DNA of 64,000 nucleotides from Mantamonas sphyraenae STR306 (lineage: Eukaryota > Protista > CRuMs), in the NCBI GenBank assembly GCA_026936335.1, contig JAPMXV010000033.1:1-64000 (forward strand), in the 5' to 3' direction. The first letter of the stretch is position 1, and each line of letters opens with the position of its first letter. Shown piece after piece: positions 21,755 to 32,347 of this stretch. The translations under genes and the position numbers were made by a program. The notes under the pieces were generated by a model, which searched no databases, was not told the origin of the DNA, and saw nothing but the letters and a program-made list of their open reading frames with translations.

Positions 21755-23235
21755 ATGTCGCTGACAGAATCACAGAAAGACCATGTAGGCCACCTTCCCT
21801 TCTTCACACCACACCTCCCTCGCAACGAGAATCTCCATGCTGACGTCAGACCGGATGACCCAATCCAGATGCGCCACGGTGTGCTGCAGGGCTGCTGGGT
21901 TTGCGGCCACCAGTTTGTGGACGAGAGCGTTGACGCTATCCACGAGCACGCAGACGCATGCCTGCGCAGCAAGGTGTGCTTTGACAAGCTGCACGTGAGC
22001 ATCACCAACGAGGATGGCCAGAGTGCAGGTAAGCAAAATTTGGCCAGCAAAGAAAAAAGCGGTGTGGCCGAGGTGTTCCGAGTGCGGCTTTTTCTTGTGG
22101 CAATTCCCAGGATTGCCTTGCCGTGCGTCATGCGACCATACGCGAGGCCCACACGGACAACCTAGGCCGCCAAGAGAAGAATGGGTGCCAAAGCGACATA
22201 CTGACACGCTGTTACGGGGCAATTCCGTACGTGGTCCGCCGCCGCGCATGGTCTTTTTGCGGGAACGGAATGGCAGACCTGGCCCTGGACGTGACGTCAA
22301 ACTTTGACGAGCTGGTGTCGCACCTGGCAGCGCGCATGCAGACCATGTCCGAGGAGGTGACAATCTCCTACGTGGACGAGGACAAGGACAACGTCAAGAT
22401 CACCTGTGACGCTGAGCTCGTCGAGGCAATCCGCTGCGCTCACTACGAAGGGGCGGCGCTGACGTTGCTGGTCAACGGCAACTTCCAGGCCGTGGTACAG
22501 TGCCCCATCTGTCGCCGCAAGGTCCTTCAGGAGGGCTTCGACAACCACTACCAGATCCATGTGGGCATGGCGGACGGCGACATGTCCGCCAGCATCATGG
22601 ACGCCTACAAGATGTTCCTGGACCAGGACGTGATGCCGGACGACCCCGAGGGCGAGGATGGTGATCTTATTGTGCTCAACATGAGCGAAGGGGACATCGG
22701 GGGAACTGGCGTCAAGGAGCCCGAGCCGACTCCCGAACCCGAACCCCAACCTGAACCCACTCCCGAACCCGAACCCGAACCTACTCCCGAACCTACTCCC
22801 GAACCCGAGCCTACCCCCACCCCCAGTGAGCCCAGCACAGAGACACAAGAGGATTCGGAGGACGAGGAGCAGGCACCGCAGCACTACACAGATTTTGACG
22901 TCATCCGCGTCAACTGGCTGTACAAGCGACAGGAGCGCACGCTGCGCTTCCGCGACACCACCGTGGAGCGCCTGGACAAGTCGCGCGAAGAGGGAGACCA
23001 GGTGAGGTACACCTTCAAGTACTCGGACGTCACCGATGTGTACGTGCGCCAAGAGAACCAGGTTCTCGACGTGTACACCGCAGAGCAGCGGCAGTGGATT
23101 GAAAGCGAGACACAGGCCATGGACATTGTGGCCATCCTCGTCGACAAGAACCCCGACGTCAAGGTCTGGGTCGACGGCGTTCAGATGGAGATGGTCAACG
23201 GGGAGCTTGTCGAGAAGAAGCCCGACAACGAATGA
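21755..23235 (+). CDS. Zn-finger / PB1 / Zn-finger / PEPT-repeat / PH-like adaptor; intron 22029-22276 (start could be 21671)
   Basis: CWVC..HEHADAC finger, PB1 OPCA motif ISYVDEDKDNVKITCDAEL, CPIC..NHYQIH finger, a PEPTPE linker and a C-terminal beta-rich domain. Confidence 0.78.
22718..22826 (+). repeat. Coding Pro-Glu-Pro-Thr repeat
   Basis: Tandem CCCGAA/CCTACT units encoding EPEPTPEPEP. Confidence 0.85.
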
Positions 23236-23269
23236 TTCTGAATTTCTCGCTCTTTTCCCCTCGCTGCAC

Positions 23270-25728
23270 CTACCAACGGCTCTTGTAGTTGAACTTCATC
23301 TTGAACAGGTACTTGGCGCGCTGCTGAGACACATCATAAATAATGTGCTCGTTGTACCGCAGACTGCTCTGCATCTTGTCGTCCGACACAGGCTTCCCCA
23401 GCGGCACCATCAACTCGTCGTCTTCGATCATCACGCTCTTTTTCGGGTTCGGATACATGCGTCCGCAGCCCTTGGTCGAGTGGCATCGGTTCTTACTGCA
23501 CGACTGGCCAGCCGTGTACTCCGACCGCGTGAGCTCGTACTGATCGCCCAGCGCAACGTCGCACAGCATCATCAGGCCCACCGGGTTCGACGAGTTTGTG
23601 CGGCAGTAGTTGGCGCTCTTGGTCACCATGTCTGCATAGTATACGCCCTTGCCAAACATGTACCCGGTCACAGGCGCCTCTGGCGGCGCAATACGCAGAC
23701 CCTGCGACAAGATGCCCACCCAGTTCGTCAGGCGCGACCCGTGCCACAGCAGCTGGTGGTTGTGCAGTTTCCTCCACTTGGAGAATCGCTTCTCCTCCCC
23801 TTCGCGCTCCACCTTGAAGATGTCCAGCACCTCCAAGTGGTAGTGGTTGTGCGTCGGTGCGTGCCCGTTCTCCACATACTCCAGCAGCATCTTGTACTCG
23901 TCCGACTTTTTGTCCATCGGCGTCAACTCGCACTTCAGGCTCTTGTAGTGCGCGTCCAGCTGGTGCATGCTGTCGTCTGCGTCCGCCTCCTTAAGCAACT
24001 TGCTCGCAATCTCCATCTCTGCCAGTGCCTCCAGCATCGCCATCTTCTTCTTCACCATGTCCATCGAGCGGATCACAGGCGGCGCCGTGAAGCCTGTCGC
24101 GTGCGGAATCAGCGTGTAGAACTCGTTCGACAGATCTTCGTACGACCGTTTCACCGACGCGTTGCCTCGGATCTTCTTTGTCACGTCCGACAGCACGTTG
24201 TATCCCTTCAGGATCTGGCTCTTTTTCAGCTTGCCCAGCGGCATGCGGTCCACGTTGATCTCCAGTTCCCTCATCGTGTTTGTCATCGTCGTCACGTCAA
24301 ACATCAGTCCCATCAAATCCTGCACGCGCTTGTCCAGCGACGACTCGGCCGGAGCCTCATCCTTTGCCTTGCCCTTGCCCTTTGCCTTCTTCTTGAACGC
24401 CTCCTTTTTCTTCTTCTCATCTTCGTCGTCCGAGTCGTCGCCGTAGTCCAGATCGATCGGCGTGTACCCGCGCGACACCTTGCTCGTGCGCTTTGTGCGG
24501 TACTCCCTGCGCGCACCCTCCTTGTTGGCAAACGGAGCCAGCTTTTGCTGTCCCTGCACGCCCACACGGCCCCACCGCGTAAACACCGCCCATCCTCCTC
24601 CGCCGTCCTTCTCCAGCAGCTGGATCACGTAAAACTTGTTGTTGTTGTTCGTGATGTTCGTCTGGTTCAGCATTGTGTTGTACACCTCGCCTCCTTCGTC
24701 CAGCACGTGCCATGCGTTGCCTCCCGGCACGTACTGATCCACAGCCGCGCGGCCTTTCTTCAAGATCTTGACCTTTTTGGTCGTGTCGTCGCTCCCGCTG
24801 CTGGAACTGCTGGAGCTGCTGGAACTGCTCGAGCTACTCGAACTGCTCGACTACTCGAACTAGCACTGCTCTTTGCCTTGCTGCGCTTGCTACCCGTATC
24901 CACCGACGAACCATCCGCGTCCTTTCCCCGCTTCTTGCTCCCACCAAACCGCTGCTCCGCAACCGTGTACGTCTTGGTGTCCAACAGCTTGTCTTTGGCT
25001 TCGCAATCCAGCAGAAATTGCTCAATCACAGTAAAGTCACCTCCGCTGCTGTTGCTCAGCTTCATCGCCTCCACCTGTGTGCCCTTTTCCACCTCCGCCC
25101 GCGGCGCAATCACATAGTCCACGTTCTTGGCACGGCTCACGCTCCCGTCGTTCTCCGTCACAATGGCCTTCAGCTTCTTCAGCGTCGCCGCCGCAAAGCC
25201 CTTGCTGAACTTGAACGTCAGCCCGTCAAAGATTCCTGCGCTGCTCCCGCTCACCAGCAAGAACTTTGCCGCGTCCTCAAGCTTTCCACTTGCCGTGCAC
25301 GCATCCACAAAATCTTCAGACACCATCGGAATTGCATCGGCAATCGCTTTCTTCACCTTGGCGCTCTGCTTGGCCACATCTGCGTCTGTGCTCACCAGGT
25401 AGTCCACTGCTCGGATTTTTTTTTTGGCGCCAAACACACGTCACAAGGTGAGCGATTGCTCGACACAAACTCTTCGCCCTCCTCCCCCCTCCGGCCCTCC
25501 TCCACTTCCGTCGCCAGGTCGCCGACGTTTGCCCGTCTCCTGCTTACCCGACGTGGTGACCGACTTGAGTACAGAGCCACCGAGATCCGTGATCGCCTTG
25601 GTCAGCTTGGGCTGCGACACGGTGAATTTGCCCGAGAGACAAAACGTCAGCCCGTCAAACGGCGTGGCGGCTGCTGCAGAGCTGGCGGCCGCCGTCTTTT
25701 TAGTACTGCGCGAAGATCGTCGAGACAT
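23270..25728 (-). CDS. Poly(ADP-ribose) polymerase, 2x BRCT-WGR-regulatory-catalytic; intron from 25547 to about 25410; apparent 1-nt frameshift near 24850
   Basis: BRCT starts FDGLTFCLSG and FDGLTFKFS. WGR domain NNNKFYVIQLL..TRWGRVG. Catalytic LLWHGSR, GLRIAPPEAPVTGYMFGKGVYYAD and YNEH (H-Y-E triad). Confidence 0.92.
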
Positions 25729-25836
25729 GTTGTGTTCTCTGGATGTTCTTGTGCAATCGCGAAGGGAATTTTGCGTTGTCTTGGGCAGCGCCGTTCCCGC
25801 AACCACAACGACGACTGATCCCACACATCCCAGACC

Positions 25837-26976
25837 ATGTCCACCACCCTTCCTTCGCACGTTGCTCTGGCAAAACAAACCGCAGACTCTCTGTCTCCCA
25901 ACCAACCCGTGTACGCCGTCATGGGCAATGTCGCCGGCGACCTCGACTCCATTGTCTCCGCCATGAGCCTTGCCCAGCTCAAGACCCTCGATACGGGCGA
26001 TGTCTGGCTGCCCATCCTCAACTTTCCCGCCGCAGACCTCGTTCTGCGCCCAGAGGCCATCAAGCTGCTTGACGACAACGGTGTTTCCCGCGACGACCTT
26101 CTCTTTGTTGATTCGCTCGACCTCCAGGCTCTCGCCGACGCTGGCTCTCTTCAACTGCACATCACCGACCACAATCAACTCGCCAGTGCCCAGGCAGGCC
26201 TTGCCTCTGCCGTCACAGGCATCACCGACCACCACGCAGACTCCCAATCCTTGAATGTCGACGACCAGCGCATCCAGGTTGTCGGCTCGGCCTGCTCCCT
26301 CGTGGCCGACGCCTGGAACGCAAGCACACACACCCTCGATGTCGTTGGTGCTTCCATGCTCGCTTCCGTCATCCTCATCGACACGTTTGACCTCCTCCCC
26401 CTGGACGACCCAAACACACGCACCACCCAGCTTGACCTCGACATGGCCGCTTGGCTATGTGACGAAGAACACGCAAACCTTGGCCGTGACGCACAAACTG
26501 CCCTCCACGATGCCCTCCTCGAGGCCAAGAACGACGTCAGCGCCTTTTCAGCCCTCGACAACCTGCGCCGCGACTACAAAGACTTTACCTTTGCCTTTGG
26601 CAGCCAGGACGTGCGTTTCGGTGTCAGTGCCGTCCTCACCAGCGCCTCCCACTTTGCCGCTCTCGACGACCTTGCCTCGGCCGTGCCAAAGTGGTATGCC
26701 GACCAGACCCTCGACGTTCTCATTGTCATGTTTGCTTTCAAGGACGACGCCGACAACTTTCACCGCCAGATGGCAGTGTACACAGAGCGCACCGACAACA
26801 ACATCCTGGCCTTCTTGGCCTCCCTCGTCCAAAACCCGGACATGGGCCAGTTTGAGCCTCTCGAGTCCATCCAAACCTCCCTCGACATGCAATGGCACGA
26901 ACAGCTCGACCTGCGCATGAGCCGCAAAAAGACCACTCCTGTCATCCAGGATGCCATGGAATCGTGGAACGTGTAG
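25837..26976 (+). CDS. Exopolyphosphatase PPX1/prune-like, DHH family
   Basis: VMGNVAGDLDSIVSA, ITDHN, ITDHH, VGSACSLV, ILIDT and LRRDYK motifs. Confidence 0.9.
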   Translation: MSTTLPSHVALAKQTADSLSPNQPVYAVMGNVAGDLDSIVSAMSLAQLKTLDTGDVWLPILNFPAADLVLRPEAIKLLDDNGVSRDDLLFVDSLDLQALADAGSLQLHITDHNQLASAQAGLASAVTGITDHHADSQSLNVDDQRIQVVGSACSLVADAWNASTHTLDVVGASMLASVILIDTFDLLPLDDPNTRTTQLDLDMAAWLCDEEHANLGRDAQTALHDALLEAKNDVSAFSALDNLRRDYKDFTFAFGSQDVRFGVSAVLTSASHFAALDDLASAVPKWYADQTLDVLIVMFAFKDDADNFHRQMAVYTERTDNNILAFLASLVQNPDMGQFEPLESIQTSLDMQWHEQLDLRMSRKKTTPVIQDAMESWNV

Positions 26977-27042
26977 AGCAGCAGTGCTGCGATCGTAGTG
27001 CCAAACCAACCGCGGTGGCGATTTGCGTGGGAGGCAGACGGA

Positions 27043-28381
27043 ATGCACCGATACAAACTGCTTGCCAAGAAAGGCAGTGGAACATTCAGTGAGGTCATCA
27101 AAGCGCAGAGTGTCGCCAGCGGGGACTATGTGGCAATCAAAAAGATGAAGGCGCGCTTCGAGAGCCTGGAGCAGGTGAACAATCTGCGTGAGATCCAGGC
27201 GCTCAAGAGGCTGCCTCAGCATCCAAACATCATCAAGTTGCAGGAGGTTGTGTATGAAAAGAGGCGGGGCAAGCTGTTTCTTGTCTTTGAGCTCATGAAC
27301 GAAAACCTGTACGAAATGATCCGGGACCGCAAACGGGGCCTGGACGTGGACACAGCACGTGGCTACATGTACCAGCTGCTGAAAGCGATTGACCACCTAC
27401 ACAAGAACGGCATCTTCCACCGGGACGTAAAGCCCGAGAATATCCTGGTCAACCAGGGACGCCTCAAGCTCGCCGACCTTGGTTCCTGCAGGGGCATCTA
27501 CTCCAGGCAGCCGTTCACAGAGTACATCAGCACACGGTGGTACCGGTCTCCCGAGTGCCTGCTCTCTTCGGGCTACTATCTGCACCAGCTGGACGTGTGG
27601 GGCGCCGGTAAGTTTGGGTGGCCGTTAGAATTTGCTCCACTGCTTTCCCTTTCTGGAACAGTTCCGACGGGCCGGCCCTGTGCGCCTGGTAGCTGGCCTG
27701 GCCATGCGGCGTGGCACACGTGCAGCGGTTGGACGGAGAGACACTGACACGCAATCGATACACACGTGCTGGCTGGCATGTGTGCGACGGCGGGACGCCG
27801 TGACGGCAGGGTGCATCTTGTACGAAATCCTGACGCTGAAGCCGCTCTTTCCAGGGGTTGACGAGGCCGACCAGATCAGCAAGATCCACGATGTGCTGGG
27901 CACACCCAGTAGCGAGGTACTTGACAAGTTCAAACGGCACCCGTCGCATCTGAACGTGGATTTCCGCACCAAGAAGGCCCGATCGCTTGCTTCGCTCTTG
28001 CCTGAGGACACGCCCGAGGAATGTGTCGACCTATTGGAGCGGCTGCTGTCGTACGACCCAGAACGGCGCATTAGCGCGCGGCAGGCCCTGAAGCATCCCT
28101 TCTTCAAGGACCTGCGCGAAGCCGACAAGGAGAAGAAGCGCAAGGCAAAGGCAGCGGCAGCTGGTGGTGTGGACGACACCGCGGGTGCCAGTTCGAGTTC
28201 GAGTTCGAGTTCTAGTTCGAGTTCAAGTTCGAGTTCGGCTGCAGGGACGAGTTCAACCTCGGCCTCGGGGTCGGCGTCAAGTTCGACGGCAGCTGCATCC
28301 GGGGTGGGCAGCGAAAAGGCAGAAGGAGGCAAAGCAAAGAAGAAGCGGAGTGGGAAGCACAAAAGCAGCAACGTTGGGTCG

Positions 28382-28413
<32 letters not shown>

Positions 28414-29271
28414 CTCCACATCCTCAACATCGGTGGGTGGGGGAACAACAGAAAGTGGCACGGGTGCGGGCAAGAGCAAGCAGCGGGTGTTTGAGCTGCC
28501 CACCCTGTCGTTGACGACACGTCGGCTGTCGTCAGAGAGCATCGGGGAGAAGGAAACGCTCAGCAGCAACTCGATTCGGCTGCATGAAAAGAAGTTTCCT
28601 GGCCTTGCCCTGGACGGCTCGCCGTCCAAAGGCACAGGCTCGTTTTACAGCAAGACCAAGGTGCTGACGAATCGAAGCAATGTGAGTTGTGAAGCGGATG
28701 TAGTGTGCAAAGGCATGCACGAGGGAGGGAAGAGGGGGGGGGGGCGTTGGGGAACCACGAGTCTGCTAACACCACCACCCAGTATTCGGATGATGGAGGA
28801 AAGCTGTCCAACAGGTCGACTGCGAGGTCGCACCACCACTATGCTGGCAGTGGAAGCGGCGTGAGCACGACCGTGAAGCCGTCGTACAAAAAGTACCAGT
28901 ACGGTGGGTCGTCTGCGTCGGATCGGATCGGGGGCGGAAGCGGCACCGGGGCCGGGGCCAGCAGCGTGGCGCTTGGCAGTGGAAGCACGTCCAATGGAGG
29001 ACATGGAGGACACAGCACGAGCGGAAGCACAAAGAAACACAAAGGCAATCGCAGTTCGCGCAGGAGCAAGGGATCGGGAGGGACGAGTGCACGGTCGTTG
29101 CATAGTCACAGGGAACGGGCGCAGTTGAGCAAGGTTTCTCCAGGCAAGAAGCTCTACGGAGGCACGCATGGAGTCATCAGCAGCGCGAGCGGAGCCAGTG
29201 TGATGAGTGGTGGCGACGAGCTGACGAGTCTGTACGGTGGCCACAACAAGATCCTGCGCCGACAAGGGTGA
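27043..29271 (+). CDS. MOK: MOK/RAGE (LF4-like) CMGC kinase with a long Ser/Gly/Thr tail; introns 27608-27809 and 28682-28782
   Basis: KKGSGTFSEV, QVNNLREIQAL, FHRDVKPENIL, ADLGSCRGIYSRQPFTEYISTRWYR (TEY) and PLFPGVDEADQISKIHDVLGTP. Confidence 0.9.
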
Positions 29272-29290
29272 GCGAACCGCGAATGAACGT

Positions 29291-30529
29291 TTATGCGCCC
29301 GCGAGACCCTTGATGAGCTCCTCGTACACGGGAATGCCTGCAAGAAAGACGTCCTTGTGCACCTTTTCGTTGTGGTCGTGCAGCAGGATGGGTGTGTTGG
29401 GCATGTAGGAAAAGCCGTACGCCGGGATGTCCAAAAGTCGGATGAAGCGCGAATCGGTGGCTGCCGGGAAGATCTCGGGCTTGACCTGCACGTCAAGGGC
29501 CTGGAAGACAGAACTCATCTTGCTCCACCAGTGGTCATCGTCGTCGACGGACGATGTCTTGTTCTCCAGCGTGTACTGGACAAACTCGGCCCACACGCCC
29601 TCCTCCTCCGTCCACTTCTCCACGAGGGCCTTGAATTCGTCCAGGTCATGGTCGGTGTCGATGCGGATGTCAAACCCGGCCGAAGCCTCGGTGGGGATGA
29701 CGTTGAGGGCGTACGTCTTGCCGCCGTCGTTGGAGACCCCTGCGTCGAGTGCCGTCAGGTTGATGGTGGTCACGTCGCCCAGCGAGCAGCTGCTGCCGTC
29801 CAGCTTGGCCTTTTGCTCGGCCCGATAGTCGAGAAAGTGCTTCACACTGCGCATGAGCTTCTCCACGGCGGTGTTTTCCACAAAGCGGGAGCCGTGGCCT
29901 GTCGGTCCTGTGGCACGCACCGTGAGCCACCAGGGTGCGCGCTCACCGTAGTACACAGGCACCACGGGATTGTCCTCTCCGCTTGCAAGTCCCTCGTCGA
30001 TGACGCAGCCGACGTTCATGTCCTTAAACTCCTGGCTGGTGACCAGAAGTTTCATTCCGGCTTCGCCGCCGATTTCTTCATCGGGCACAAACGTGAGATA
30101 AACGTCACGGTCAAACGTGGCGCCTGACGCAAGGAGGTTGCCCATGGCGACAATCTGGGCAATGCTCACCAGCTTCATGTCCTGTGTGCCGCGCCCAATA
30201 ATCCAGCCCTCTTCGTCCAGGACGCCCGCAAACGGATCTGTGTTCCACTCGGCGTCGATGACGGGCACCACGTCTGTGTGCGAGTTGAAGCAGATGGCAG
30301 GCAGTGAGCTGTCCTTGCCAGCGATGCGGATCACGCCGATGGGGCGGTTTTCCTCAAACTCCAGCCGTTCCATCGGTGGCAGGCCGCACTCTTTGGCCAT
30401 GGACTCCAGGTGATCCAGAGCCTCCTTGTACGCTGGATCTGGCTGGACAGTGTTGATGCGGAGGTACTGCTGGAACCATTCGATGGCCTTGTCGGTGTAT
30501 GTGGTTGTTTCCGAAGTAGACGACGACAT
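29291..30529 (-). CDS. ACY1: Aminoacylase-1 (M20A peptidase)
   Basis: YLRINTVQPDP, NSHTDVVP, GRGTQDMK, FVPDEEIGG, DEGLAS, GHGS, FPAATDSRFIR and NTPILLHDHNE. Confidence 0.94.
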   Translation of the reverse strand: MSSSTSETTTYTDKAIEWFQQYLRINTVQPDPAYKEALDHLESMAKECGLPPMERLEFEENRPIGVIRIAGKDSSLPAICFNSHTDVVPVIDAEWNTDPFAGVLDEEGWIIGRGTQDMKLVSIAQIVAMGNLLASGATFDRDVYLTFVPDEEIGGEAGMKLLVTSQEFKDMNVGCVIDEGLASGEDNPVVPVYYGERAPWWLTVRATGPTGHGSRFVENTAVEKLMRSVKHFLDYRAEQKAKLDGSSCSLGDVTTINLTALDAGVSNDGGKTYALNVIPTEASAGFDIRIDTDHDLDEFKALVEKWTEEEGVWAEFVQYTLENKTSSVDDDDHWWSKMSSVFQALDVQVKPEIFPAATDSRFIRLLDIPAYGFSYMPNTPILLHDHNEKVHKDVFLAGIPVYEELIKGLAGA

Positions 30530-30597
30530 GACGGGGGTTGCGTTGGATGTGTGCGGGTGCGGACAAGCATTGCAATGGAAATCATTTCAGCATCTAT

Positions 30598-31106
30598 TTA
30601 CTCGGAATCCTTCTCCTCTGTGATGGGTGCCTTGTAGCTGGCCCAGGCAACGTGGGACTCGCTGTCGGGTGCGAGAGAGAAGACCGAGTGTTCAGGAGGT
30701 CAGGGTGTCAGAGATCGGGGTGGACCAGGGCGGGAGGATGAACCGCTACCGTGCACACTTACTTGAGCACAACTTCGAGGTCGCCAGTGAATTGGGAAGC
30801 AAGCGATGCAGAGAGAGAGTCGTGGATGTGTTTGGCAATCCACTCGGTGGTGGTGAGCTCGTTGGGAAACAGCTCGTCCAGGTTACCATAGTTGAGCGGC
30901 TCCAAAGCAGCCTTCAGAGCGTCCGTGGCAGCACCGATGTCGATGACGACACTATCTGCGTTGAGGGAGGGTGCTTCAAAGATCGCGTCGACGACATAGG
31001 TCGCTCCATGCATCTTCTGGGCCGGGCCAAAGGCTTCGCCTTGCAGACTGTGGGCAATCATGATGTGGTCGCGGACGCCGACTTTGTAGCAGCTGGAGGA
31101 ACTCAT
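30598..31106 (-). CDS. PTPS/QueD (COG0720) family protein of the bacterial Cys-less type; intron 30762-30662
   Basis: Spliced protein VRDHIMIAHSLQGEAFGPAQKMHGATYVVD..VIDIG..LNYGNLDE..TTTEWIA..VVLNESHVAWASY. Confidence 0.88.
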
Positions 31107-31200
31107 GTGGAGTGGTGGGTGCGTGGCCAAGAGTTGTGGTGGCGTTGCCGGCGCAGCACGAGTGCGGGCTGTGTCCCAGAGCAAAAGCACGCGTCCTTCG

Positions 31201-32224
31201 ATGTATAGCTGTCGACGAGGGAAACGGACGGTGGCCCTGTTGCTGGCTGTGTGGTTGTGTGCGCTGAGCGTGTGGGCAAAGGAACAGCCTGTGTGTGGGA
31301 CGAGCGTGGGCGGCGTGTTCTACGACTTTGCGCCGCTGGCCAAGGTGGGCGAGTACTACGAGGCCAAGTCGCCTAATCCAAAGGAGCACCAAGACGCCTA
31401 TGTGTACTTTCTCAATGTATGCACACAGGCGTGGGGTGTACCGCTGGCCTGCTCGGGAAGCGGGGAGCCGGCGGTGTTTCAAGGTGAGTGTGCGGGAGGG
31501 AGGCGCACCAGTTTTGTGGCAGTGGATGGCCCAGTGAGACAATTCAGGGAGAGTGCAGTGCAGCACAATGGAGCCGTGACCAGTGGACACAGCAGTGTGG
31601 GGTGCACGGGACACTGACACGGATGGATGACTGCATGGCCTGCGGTAAACGGACGCAACAGAGGCACCGTCCAAATTTTGCCTGCGTGTGGGTGACCTGA
31701 GCTCGATGAAGTGGAGTTCGAGCAACGATGCGATCACGCTGACGTACGGAATGGGAGACCGGTGTGAGACGGGGCCTCCGCGACAGCTGGAGATTGTGTT
31801 TATGTGTGACGCGTCGCAAGACCCCGGTGCGCCGGGCTTGGTGACCGAGGTGGACAAGTGCAAGTACCGCACCAACTGGAAGACCAAGTACGCATGCAGG
31901 GCGGTGGCTCAGAAGCAGGACGAGAAGCCAACCGCGGGCAGCGTGCCTGCAGAGGCGCAGCAAGGTGGAGGAGTCTCCTTCGGTGTGGTGCTCCTGGTGC
32001 TAATCACATGCTACTGCTGCGGCGGCTACGCCTTCAACAAGACCCAGCATGGTCTGGACGGCTGGGAAGCCATGCCGCAGGCCAATCTGTGGATCGGGAT
32101 CTGGGAAGCGGTGGTCAGCCAGGTGCAGAGGCTGGTTGGCGCAGCCCCGGCTTCGCGTCAGCGTGTCCGGTACACAATTGTGGATGAGGAGGCGGACGAG
32201 GCGCTGGGAGAAGGCAGTGGATGA
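31201..32224 (+). CDS. MRH-domain type I membrane protein (CD-MPR/ATG27-like), paralog 1; intron 31484-31661
   Basis: Signal peptide, YDFAPL, YFLNVC, ITLTYGMGDRC, CKYRTNWKTKYAC, TM helix, GWEAMPQANLW and a YTIV tail motif. Confidence 0.88.
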
Positions 32225-32347
32225 GTTGGAAGCAAAAAGAGTGCAAAATGCAAAGATGTGTGGTTCATTTGGTTCCTGTTTGGGTTTGTGGGTGGGTGGG
32301 TGGGTTGCTTTTGCTTTTGCTGTTGCTGTGGTGATTTCTTTTTCGCA

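Noticed and set aside
23270-25728. PARP as a pseudogene or as two genes
   Set aside because: All domains and catalytic residues are intact. A single indel in a repeat is better explained by an assembly error.
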